From positions 54,972 through 118,971 of the forward strand of contig JBDRNJ010000084.1 of NCBI GenBank assembly GCA_043811375.1: DNA of 64,000 nucleotides, read 5' to 3'. Positions 1 to 8,126 of the stretch are shown here, piece after piece (the first letter of the stretch is position 1; the number at the start of each line of letters is the position of its first letter). The DNA is from a bacterium (GTDB lineage Bacteria > Zixibacteria > MSB-5A5 > GN15 > FEB-12). The notes under the pieces are model-generated. The model saw nothing but the letters and a program-made list of their open reading frames with translations. It had not been told where the DNA came from and ran no database searches. The position numbers and the translations under genes were made by a program.

Positions 1-2240
1 TTCTCCCTTAGCAATCGGCTGAAATCGATGTCACTACCGTCATTGAGTGCTGCCAACGGCAGAGAATAGACGACACGATTGAGTGCCGATGAGAGCGACC
101 GGCTTTTTGCCAGAACGGTCCTGGCCTCGAAGACCTCCATCCCGTCGGGCAGAGCCTGTTTCAGTTTATCGATCATATCGGGTATCAAATTGGTCTCCAG
201 CGTAATATCGACCAGTTCCGCCTCCGAGGTAAACCCCAGCGGCAGGGGTGGCCCAAAAGACAGTTTCATGCCGGGATTGAAACCCTGGCTGTAAGCAACC
301 GGAAGACCGGCCCGCCTCAGGGCGCGCTCAAAAGCACGGATATTGTCCAGGTGCGACATAAAGCGATAGCTCCGGTCCTTTCCCCAGCGAATGCGGACGC
401 GGTTTTTTGTCGGCGCCACCGGACTGCGGTCGGCTGCCTTTTTCTTGCCCCGACCAAACTCCATCTGCGGCGTGGGTCGGCCGGTTTCAACTGTCGGCGG
501 AGATGGCTCCGGTGACGGCTGACCCGATTCCGAAAGGTGACGTTGCCGCTCCTTCAGCAGATGTGCCGGTGACGGGCCTTTTTCGATGTGCGACCAGGGC
601 AACTCAGCGGTGAAGGGGATTTCTTTTAATGTCTGCTCCATCTCGATCTTGTTTTCCTGCAGGGCGGTCAGCCATTTGGACGGCTCGAATTCCTCGCTCC
701 AGGCATCGAAGCGGCAGCCGTCACGGTTGGCGGACAGGATAACGTTGCCCATTTCACGTCCGCCGCGTACCAGCAGCATCTGCAGCATGGCTGATTCGCA
801 GGAGTTGTGCTTGAAATGCACCGGTCGGTGACGACAGCGTCTCTTGACAAAACTCAGTCGGCGCAGGATCTCCTCCGGGCGCAACATCTCATCCCATTGA
901 AATGGCGTGTGCGGTTCCGGAATGAACGGAGACAGGGTGACTTTGATTGATTTCTTGCCCTGACCGGCGCGACCGATATCGCTCACCGCCTCAATGATCT
1001 TGACTATCCCCTGTAAATCTTCTTCGGTTTCGGTGGGCAGGCCAATCATGAAATACAGCTTGACCGAGGTCCAGCCCTTCTGAAAAGCCATCTGCACCGT
1101 CTCATAGATTTCTTCGTCAGAAATATCTTTGCGAATGAATCGTCGCAGCCGCCGGGTGCCCGCCTCGGGCGCTATCGTCAGTCCTGCTCGACGCACGCGC
1201 CGGATGGCATCCAGCAACGGGGCTTTGATCGTGCCCGGCCGCAGGGAAGGCATTGAAATCGAGACTCGCGATGGTTCCAGACGCCGGGACAAAGTGGTGG
1301 CGAGTTGCTCGATATTGGGATAATCCGATGTCGACAGAGACACCAGGGAAACTTCGTCGTAGCCGGATGCAGCGAGTTGCTGTGTAATCTGGTTGATTAC
1401 ATCGTGCTGCGGTCGCGGTCGCACCGGTCGGTAAATCGGCCCCGCCTGGCAGAAACGGCAACCGCCGGGACAACCGCGCATAATCTCCACGCTGAGATGG
1501 TTGTGCACCGTCTCGATCAAAGGCACCAGTGGTTGATCGGGGAAGTACTCCGGTTTCAGTTCTTTTATAACGCGCGCGCGAATCCGCTCCGGGGCAAAAT
1601 CAACCAGGGGTCGCCGGTCCGCGTCATAAAACCGGGGTACGTAGACTGACTCCACCTGCCGGACGATCTGCTCCAACTTGTCCTGCCGCGAGGCTGATTT
1701 CATATTATAGAGAATCTGAAGGATTTCCGGCAGCCCTTCCTCGGCGTCCCCAATGAAAAACAGATCTACAAAATCAGCTATCGGTTCCGGGTTGTACACG
1801 GCCGGACCTCCAGCCAGAATCAGCGGTTGTTCGTCAGTGCGGTCTAAACTGCATAACGGAATACCGGCCAGGTCGAGCATAGCCAGCAGGTTGGTAAAAA
1901 CCAGCGGATAGGTCAGACTGAAACCGATGGCGTCAAATTCTGCCGCCGGACGCTTTGACTCCAGTGAGAACAGTCGGATGTTCTCCCGGCGCATGATCTG
2001 TTCGGCATCGCGGTCGACGGCAAAAACCCGCTCGCATAAAAATCTATCATCCTTGTTTATAATGTGATACAGGCTCTGCAAGCCGATAAAGGAATGGCCG
2101 ATTTCATACTTGTCGGGGAAGGCGTGTAAGTAGCTGAGGCGATCGGTCGGATCTTTTACGATCTGTCCCGGTTCACCACCGGCATAGCGGCCCGGTTTTA
2201 TGACAAACGGGAAAAACTTCTTCTCCAGCAGGTCTTTCAT
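1..2240 (-). CDS. B12-binding radical SAM protein (TIGR03960-like) fused to C-terminal DUF2344/TIGR03936-like domain; runs off left edge
   Basis: Manual translation from ATG at 2240: MKDLLEKKFFPFVIKPGRYAGGE; CxxxCxxC motif MRGCPGGCRFCQAG near 1450-1480; in-frame FMSHLDNIRAFERALRRAGLPVAYSQGFNP near 280-360. Missing from the ORF track because there is no stop in the window. Confidence 0.9.
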   Translation of the reverse strand, partial: MKDLLEKKFFPFVIKPGRYAGGEPGQIVKDPTDRLSYLHAFPDKYEIGHSFIGLQSLYHIINKDDRFLCERVFAVDRDAEQIMRRENIRLFSLESKRPAAEFDAIGFSLTYPLVFTNLLAMLDLAGIPLCSLDRTDEQPLILAGGPAVYNPEPIADFVDLFFIGDAEEGLPEILQILYNMKSASRQDKLEQIVRQVESVYVPRFYDADRRPLVDFAPERIRARVIKELKPEYFPDQPLVPLIETVHNHLSVEIMRGCPGGCRFCQAGPIYRPVRPRPQHDVINQITQQLAASGYDEVSLVSLSTSDYPNIEQLATTLSRRLEPSRVSISMPSLRPGTIKAPLLDAIRRVRRAGLTIAPEAGTRRLRRFIRKDISDEEIYETVQMAFQKGWTSVKLYFMIGLPTETEEDLQGIVKIIEAVSDIGRAGQGKKSIKVTLSPFIPEPHTPFQWDEMLRPEEILRRLSFVKRRCRHRPVHFKHNSCESAMLQMLLVRGGREMGNVILSANRDGCRFDAWSEEFEPSKWLTALQENKIEMEQTLKEIPFTAELPWSHIEKGPSPAHLLKERQRHLSESGQPSPEPSPPTVETGRPTPQMEFGRGKKKAADRSPVAPTKNRVRIRWGKDRSYRFMSHLDNIRAFERALRRAGLPVAYSQGFNPGMKLSFGPPLPLGFTSEAELVDITLETNLIPDMIDKLKQALPDGMEVFEARTVLAKSRSLSSALNRVVYSLPLAALNDGSDIDFSRLLRE

Positions 2241-2423
2241 CAGTTCCGAAGTGCTACGGGTTCTTGTTAACCGCTTTATGTTAAGATAGGCGTTCTTACC
2301 GTGATCGGCAAGCAAGTCATGCAACGGATACCGATTGGGTAGTTAAGGACGATTCTTCCCCACCCTTGCCGATTGCCGTTGGTCGGAGTCAAGTTCTGCC
2401 GGGAGATACCGTTATAAAAGTAT

Positions 2424-3368
2424 ATGGACTATGCCCATTGCCAACACCTGCTACACTATGCCATTATCGAGCAGCTCGGCGAAGGACCCAGCGGGGTGGT
2501 GTTTCGAGCCTGGGATACGGTGCAGCAGCGTTTTGTGGCCGTAAAACAACTGCGGCCGGAGCTGACGGCCGAGGTGGCTTTCCGTGCTCACTGCTTGACG
2601 GCCATCCGGACCTTGAAGCATTGCACTCACCCCGGCATAAGCCCGGTTTACGATATTCAAACCGATAACGACCCCTATCTAATTGTCACAGAATACATTA
2701 AGGGCGACTCATTGCGGGGAATAATCGAACGCGGCCCACTGGATAATCACCGCTTTCTCTATTATGCCGGACAGATAGCCGAGGCGCTCACTTTTGCCCA
2801 TCGACAACTGATCCCCCATGGCAACATCAAGCCGTCCAATATCATCGTGGCTGCCGACGGACGCCTGTGGTTGACCGATTTTGGGCTGAACTGCGGCACA
2901 GTCGGCGGCAATGCCGATCTCAGTCGACTTACCCCACAGACAGCCTGCTATCTGGCGCCGGAGCAGATAACCGGTGAACAGACTACACCACTGACGGATT
3001 TCTTTTCGTTGGGTACGCTCGCATATGAAATGTTGACCGGGCTCAACCCATTTGCCGCCGACACTGTCGAAACCGTCCACGAGAATATCCTCCGGGCAGA
3101 GCCTGATATCCAGGCACTGAGAGCCCGGAAGGTTCCGGGCGACACGATACTGATGATAGAAAAACTGCTGGCCAAAGACCCGTCCGAACGCTTCGGCAGC
3201 GGCGGTGAATTGACCGTGACCCTGCAGGTTATGCGCTCCTACGAGCGGCAATCACCCGATCAACCGTTCCTGAAAGTCAAACCAAATACCCCCCGCCAAT
3301 ACCTGATGTTATCAATGCTGGCGGCCTTGTTGATTATTCTGTGGTTAGTGATAACCACTTACCGGTAG
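2424..3368 (+). CDS. Hanks-type Ser/Thr kinase-like protein with C-terminal membrane anchor (probable pseudokinase)
   Basis: LGEGPSG, VAVK, DFG and YLAPE motifs; catalytic loop reads HGNIKPSN; hydrophobic C-terminus LMLSMLAALLIILWLVI. Confidence 0.85.
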   Translation: MDYAHCQHLLHYAIIEQLGEGPSGVVFRAWDTVQQRFVAVKQLRPELTAEVAFRAHCLTAIRTLKHCTHPGISPVYDIQTDNDPYLIVTEYIKGDSLRGIIERGPLDNHRFLYYAGQIAEALTFAHRQLIPHGNIKPSNIIVAADGRLWLTDFGLNCGTVGGNADLSRLTPQTACYLAPEQITGEQTTPLTDFFSLGTLAYEMLTGLNPFAADTVETVHENILRAEPDIQALRARKVPGDTILMIEKLLAKDPSERFGSGGELTVTLQVMRSYERQSPDQPFLKVKPNTPRQYLMLSMLAALLIILWLVITTYR

Positions 3369-3419
3369 CTGAGTCCGCTCGGACACTCTGAAATCAGCTT
3401 GTTAGTTTTGTAGCCCCGA

Positions 3420-3447
3420 GTAGGGCGGGTCCGTCTGCGAACCCGCC
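3420..3447 (+). repeat. GTAG-family REP element (left of RAYT)
   Basis: GTAG-GGCGGGT-CCGTCTGCGA-ACCCGCC: GTAG foot plus 7-bp hairpin. Confidence 0.85.
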
Positions 3448-3462
3448 TTCTCGGGTGACCGG

Positions 3463-3963
3463 TCATTCACCGAATTCGTCATCTCCAACCGTAATCTGGT
3501 TCTCTCCCCAATCGGCATTATAAACGCCTGCCCGCTGGAATCGCCGAAACGAAGAGAGACGCCACTTTCTCGGGGAATCCATCAATCCATGTCTAACGGG
3601 ATTGTAATGAACGTAATCCACGTGTCGCTTCATGTCTTTCTCTGAACGGATGATGTGATCCCAATACCGTGGTTGCCATATGGGACCGTTTCTCCGCGAC
3701 CGTCGTTGCCATTGCAGCGAGAATGAGAGTCTCACCCGCTGAACGATCCTGGAAATGTCTCCGTCCGGGCTGTCAATAATGGCATGGAGATGGTCGGGGA
3801 GAACCACCCAGGCGATCAGGGCAAACCGCGATTGCCTTACCGCCCTTCGTACGGCCCGAAGGAGTAACTCGGCATGTTGATCAAGAACCGGTTGCCTTCT
3901 GGCGGTAACAGCCGTTATGAAACAGCTTTGGCCCGGAGCGAAGTATCGGAGAAGTTTTGACAT
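3463..3963 (-). CDS. REP-associated tyrosine transposase (RAYT, HUH Y1)
   Basis: FITAVT, WVVLPDHLH (HUH), WQPRYWDHIIR and YVHYNPVRHGL motifs; flanked by REPs. Confidence 0.92.
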   Translation of the reverse strand: MSKLLRYFAPGQSCFITAVTARRQPVLDQHAELLLRAVRRAVRQSRFALIAWVVLPDHLHAIIDSPDGDISRIVQRVRLSFSLQWQRRSRRNGPIWQPRYWDHIIRSEKDMKRHVDYVHYNPVRHGLMDSPRKWRLSSFRRFQRAGVYNADWGENQITVGDDEFGE

Positions 3964-4015
3964 GGAGTCAGGATAAGGTTCGACACTGACAGCAGGAGTC
4001 AGTCAATTTGACGAT

Positions 4016-4043
4016 GGCGGGTTCGAAGACGGACCCGCCCTAC
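4016..4043 (-). repeat. GTAG-family REP element (right of RAYT, inverted)
   Basis: Reverse complement GTAGGGCGGGTCCGTCTTCGAACCCGCC, 27/28 identical to the 3420-3447 copy. Confidence 0.85.
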
Positions 4044-4060
4044 TGATGTGGTTTTCCAAG

Positions 4061-4597
4061 TTATCTGTTCGTGGTCTCGAAGTCTGAGAGTAGATCAGGA
4101 TTGAGAATGCGCTTAAGGCAATCTTTGGCAGAATGATAAGATTCATCCAATCCGCCCCAATCCAGAGTCTTCACCTCCGGAGGGTAGGATGACTTATTCA
4201 CGTTGGTTAGTTCTTCATCGGGCAAATGAAACCATATTGCTTGCGATGCTCTTCTAAAAGAACCAAGTGCACCTTTCAACCCAAGCATCTGACCGTCATT
4301 AAGGTAGATAGATGCTGCGATCTTTGCCCTTTTGAATGAATCCACTTTTGCCCCGACGTTCTTGTTGTATTCACTCTTAGTCTCCGGTGGTGTGTTGCCG
4401 AAATCGACAAGTGCTTCATAGCAATCATTGAGGGTTGAATAAAGGTTAATCAGCGCTTCGGATTTTTTCCCCATGAAGAACTCAGCATACCAGCGTCTAT
4501 CCTCCCGCTTTTGTCTCTCCAGTGCGAAATGGTGTTGAAAATAGGATCCAGCCAATGCTGAAGCAGCAGTAAGTACTCCCACAAGTAATTCGTTCAC
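4061..4597 (-). CDS. Hypothetical protein with N-terminal hydrophobic helix, AT-richer than its neighbours
   Basis: 178-aa ORF with GGAG RBS upstream of GTG; no recognised motif. Confidence 0.7.
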   Translation of the reverse strand: MNELLVGVLTAASALAGSYFQHHFALERQKREDRRWYAEFFMGKKSEALINLYSTLNDCYEALVDFGNTPPETKSEYNKNVGAKVDSFKRAKIAASIYLNDGQMLGLKGALGSFRRASQAIWFHLPDEELTNVNKSSYPPEVKTLDWGGLDESYHSAKDCLKRILNPDLLSDFETTNR

Positions 4598-4633
4598 AAC
4601 TTATTCTCCATTTCTACGTCTCGAACGTTATTC

Positions 4634-5404
4634 TTACCCCCGATTCATCTCCCCGATCAAGCGCAGGCCCACCAGTGTCAACATCGGCTCGATCTGCCGG
4701 ATATGGCGGGAGTGCTCTGCGATCTTCACCGCGAAACCACCGGTGGCCACGGTCCGGCACTCTTGAAAACCGGTTTCGTCGAGAATGCGATCGATGATGT
4801 AATCGACCTGGCCCACCGTTCCGTAAAACAAGCCCGATTTTAACGCCGCCTCAGTGGATTTGCCGATCACCGTTGCCGGTGGCTCGAGAGGGACTTCAAA
4901 CAGTCGGGCGGCTCTATCGGCCAGGGCGGCCATGGCCGTCTCCGGACCGGCAGTGATAGCGCCCCCAAGATAAACACCACTTTCATCGACAACTTCAAAC
5001 TTGGTCGCGGTGCCCAGATCGACGACAATAACCGGCCCGCCGAACATGGAAAAGCCGGCCACAGCGTTGGCGATACGGTCAGCGCCGAGTTGCTCGGGAT
5101 AGTCGTAGGCGATAGTGATCGGCAGTTTTACTGCCGGTGATACGATTACCGGACGGCAACCGAACCGGCTTTCGCCGGCTTGCTCGAAGATACCGGTCAG
5201 TTCCGGCACCACTGAACCGATGACCCCCTCGGTAACATCATGATTCTTGATTTTCTGCTTGTCCAGTGATCCGTCCAGCAGGGAGCGGCATTCATCCGCA
5301 GTTAGTTGCGATGGAGTGGAAAGGTGAATATGCTTCGACAGGGTGTTTCCGTCGAAAACCCCCAGTGCTATACTGGTGTTGCCGATATCAATAGCCAGCA
5401 ACAT
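4634..5404 (-). CDS. coaX: Type III pantothenate kinase
   Basis: LLAIDIGNT, LGADR, VVDLGTAT, YLGGAI and VATGG motifs. Confidence 0.95.
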   Translation of the reverse strand: MLLAIDIGNTSIALGVFDGNTLSKHIHLSTPSQLTADECRSLLDGSLDKQKIKNHDVTEGVIGSVVPELTGIFEQAGESRFGCRPVIVSPAVKLPITIAYDYPEQLGADRIANAVAGFSMFGGPVIVVDLGTATKFEVVDESGVYLGGAITAGPETAMAALADRAARLFEVPLEPPATVIGKSTEAALKSGLFYGTVGQVDYIIDRILDETGFQECRTVATGGFAVKIAEHSRHIRQIEPMLTLVGLRLIGEMNRG

Positions 5405-5411
5405 TTGCGAT

Positions 5412-5711
5412 CTAATTCACCGGCGGTCCGGATTGGACACCAGCACCACGGGCCAGGTCGGCATTGATCTTCACGGCCGATTTGTAGGCATCGTACATGC
5501 CGTAGATGAACATAATCGGTGTTGTAATAATACCGATCACGGTGAAAATTATCGATACTAGCATGACAATTGAAATGGAATAGAGAACGATAAAAAATAT
5601 CCCCTTGGCAATCTGGCCATTATAGATCTGTCCCAGGCCCATGTAGAAAAACGACAGCACTGCTGCCAGGCCGGGGTTTTTGTAGAAAACCGGTGGGGTC
5701 GGATTGGTCAT
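5412..5711 (-). CDS. Small membrane protein (TM2-like)
   Basis: KNPGLAAVLSFF..GLGQIYNGQIAKG pattern followed by transmembrane helices; GGAGG RBS. Confidence 0.8.
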   Translation of the reverse strand: MTNPTPPVFYKNPGLAAVLSFFYMGLGQIYNGQIAKGIFFIVLYSISIVMLVSIIFTVIGIITTPIMFIYGMYDAYKSAVKINADLARGAGVQSGPPVN

Positions 5712-5858
5712 GGCATTCCTCCTGATGAGAGACTGATTATTACCTATATATACGGGACCAACTGTGCAAAATTCAATCGTTTTCTCTCCGACAACTGCGC
5801 CCCGACGGCCCGACTCCCGATAATTCCGGCAGAGTCCGAGTCAAACACGGGAGACCCG

Positions 5859-6386
5859 ATGGGAAAACTTGCCACCATACTGCTGACAGCAGCGCTGTTA
5901 TTGACTGCAGCGCTGCTTTTTGCCTGCACTCAGAGAATCGCCGTTGTCAGAGGGCGGTCCAGTAACCAACAGCCCGCCGCGGAAAACAGACCGGCCCAGC
6001 CGGATAACCACCCGGCCTACCAGGACTGTCTCGACGAAGGCTTGATACTGCTGCGTCAGGAGAAATATGAGGCTGCCCGTTTTCTGTTGCGGCAAGCCAC
6101 TAAACTCAACCCCGAGAGCTGGCAGTCCTACTACTATCGTTCACTGGCCTTAAGCCACGACGACCTGTACGCCCGGGCGCACGACCTGCTGGACTCCGCC
6201 CTGATTTATGCTCCCCGCGACAACCGCACCCGGGGTCGCATATACCTGCTGCTGGCCCAGACCTGGGAAGAGCGGGGCCGGTTGGGGCAGGCGCAATTGA
6301 ATTACATAACCGCTCTCAATCTCTGTCCCGACTCCTCTCCCGCCGCCTCCGCTCTTAAGCGTCTGCGGCAACTCCAACAGGAGTAA
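5859..6386 (+). CDS. TPR-repeat lipoprotein
   Basis: Lipobox LFAC after a hydrophobic signal; TPR-like helices (ATKLNPE, ALNLCPD). Confidence 0.8.
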   Translation: MGKLATILLTAALLLTAALLFACTQRIAVVRGRSSNQQPAAENRPAQPDNHPAYQDCLDEGLILLRQEKYEAARFLLRQATKLNPESWQSYYYRSLALSHDDLYARAHDLLDSALIYAPRDNRTRGRIYLLLAQTWEERGRLGQAQLNYITALNLCPDSSPAASALKRLRQLQQE

Positions 6387-6471
6387 TCGGCCGGGTTTTG
6401 ATTTCCCCTCGGAAAGACGCCGGTCTATATTGTCTCGGCAAGACAAACCTGTGGCATGATGGAAGGAAACT

Positions 6472-6906
6472 GTGGCTGATTTGTTACGTCGCCTGACAAT
6501 CGATGACTACGATGAATTGATAAGAGTGTGGGGTATGGCTGGTCTGCCCTATCGCCCCAGTGGCCGGGACCGTCGCGATCGTATCGAGCGGGAGATGGCG
6601 CGCCCCGACACGGAGTTTTTCGGCATCTTTGAAAACGATCGCCTTGTCGCCGTCGGGCTGGCCACCTTCGATGGCCGCAAGGGATGGATCAACCGGGTGG
6701 GGGTCGATCCCGACTGCCGTCTTCGGGGGCTGGCGGCGCGGATAATCGCCGAATGCGAAACTTTCCTCGAGGAGTGCGGTGCCGAGATCATTGCCTGCCT
6801 GATCGAGGAATACAACACCCCCTCGATGGCCCTGTTTCAAAAGCACGGCTACCTCTACACCGAGGGCGTCTACTACTTCTCCAAACGCAAGTCAGAGGAT
6901 ACGTAG
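6472..6906 (+). CDS. GNAT family N-acetyltransferase
   Basis: DGRKGWINRVGVDPDCRLRGLA (motif A) and N..SMALFQKHGY. Confidence 0.9.
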   Translation: MADLLRRLTIDDYDELIRVWGMAGLPYRPSGRDRRDRIEREMARPDTEFFGIFENDRLVAVGLATFDGRKGWINRVGVDPDCRLRGLAARIIAECETFLEECGAEIIACLIEEYNTPSMALFQKHGYLYTEGVYYFSKRKSEDT

Positions 6907-7019
6907 GTTGCTGTTTGCACCACAAGCATACAGAGATATGCAGAGTAAAGAAATAGCTGTAAAGTCAGAATCTTTGAAGTCAGAGAACAGATTTACTACC
7001 CAAAGAGCATATTTTATGA

Positions 7020-7047
7020 TTGACAACTGATCAGAGGATGTTACATT
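7020..7047 (+). promoter_or_regulatory. Sigma70-like promoter for the Panacea gene
   Basis: TTGACA-N16-TACATT with a TG extended -10. Confidence 0.55.
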
Positions 7048-7077
7048 GATTAATGGATACTGGATCTGAGGGATGCC

Positions 7078-7638
7078 GTGACCCATATGCAGTTTGACGA
7101 ACAGAAATTCAAAGAATTGGTCTTGTACATTGCGGGAAAGTGCCAAGGGCACTCAAAGTATGGTAAGACCAAGCTCAACAAGATATTATTCTTCTCCGAT
7201 TTCATAGCTTATGCCAAGTGGGGATGTGCTATCACAGGCGCGGAGTATTTTCACCTACCAAAGGGCCCTGCACCTCAACAAATGTTACCGATTATGGAGC
7301 AGATGGTGAGCGATCACGAATTAGCGATTGTTCCGCGTCAGATATTCGCAAAGACTCAAGAGAGACCGACTAATCTCAGAAACGCTAATCTGAGTGAATT
7401 CAGCGCGGATGAGCTCTCTTTGGTGGACTCAGTAATTGAGGAACTGCGAGAAAAGTCTGCGGAGGAGGTCAGTTCACTTTCACACTATTACATTGGTTGG
7501 CAGTTAACTCAGGAAGGCGAGACAATCCCGTACTACAGTGTGCACTGTCGACATCCTAAGGCTACCGACATCACCAAGGAAGATATTGAAGAAGGCATGA
7601 GGACAGCTCGCGAGTTTGGTCTTCTTGATGCTGAGTAA
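7078..7638 (+). CDS. Panacea (DUF4065/SocA-like) antitoxin-domain protein
   Basis: KFKELVLYIA..GKTKLNKILFFSDF..Y...G.AITGAEY.HLPKGPAP..SSLSH..IGW....EGETIPY pattern. Confidence 0.85.
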   Translation: MTHMQFDEQKFKELVLYIAGKCQGHSKYGKTKLNKILFFSDFIAYAKWGCAITGAEYFHLPKGPAPQQMLPIMEQMVSDHELAIVPRQIFAKTQERPTNLRNANLSEFSADELSLVDSVIEELREKSAEEVSSLSHYYIGWQLTQEGETIPYYSVHCRHPKATDITKEDIEEGMRTAREFGLLDAE

Positions 7639-7935
7639 TCACTCTGCGAGAAATTTCTTCACTCTTAGTTCACATATCTCGACTTCACCCGGTTTTACAA
7701 ATATGTGGGCAATGAACTGGTAACCTCTCGGGTGTCGCTTAGCTTTGTAGAACCTCACGTTAGTTCCTTCAAGTATCGGGCACAAGTCAGCATTTCGTTC
7801 AAGGTAGAATATTATCGATCCAACAATATCGTCAACTGCTTTAACATCTTCAATCTCCTCTTTGGCATTCTGGATGTCGCTATTGCATCGGTCGGATAGC
7901 CGAACACGTCTAAACCTTGCCAGGAAATCATTCAT
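7639..7935 (-). CDS. Small protein, putative RelE/ParE-fold toxin
   Basis: About 98 aa from ATG 7935; beta-alpha-alpha-beta-beta-beta pattern VRLSDRCNSDI..IIFYLERNA..VRFYKA..YQFIAHIFV..EVEICEL; stop codon abuts the Panacea stop. Confidence 0.5.
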   Translation of the reverse strand: MNDFLARFRRVRLSDRCNSDIQNAKEEIEDVKAVDDIVGSIIFYLERNADLCPILEGTNVRFYKAKRHPRGYQFIAHIFVKPGEVEICELRVKKFLAE

Positions 7936-8054
7936 GAAGAACAAGCCGGTTGTTAAGAGTGCACACCTTCTTTATCGCTATTGGCTTGTAATTGGCGTTG
8001 TAAAGTTGTCCTGTCGCATACCGCCACTGTTACCACCTTTTGCTTTTTTTAGGA

Positions 8055-8089
8055 GGCTCCGGGTCGCAAGCAACCCGGAGCCCGTTTTT
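8055..8089 (+). terminator. Intrinsic terminator hairpin with plus-strand T tract
   Basis: GGCTCCGGGT-N8-ACCCGGAGCC followed by CGTTTTT. Confidence 0.6.
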
Positions 8090-8126
8090 CCTTCATCCCT
8101 GAAGGTAGTCGTGGCGTCCTGCCTGT

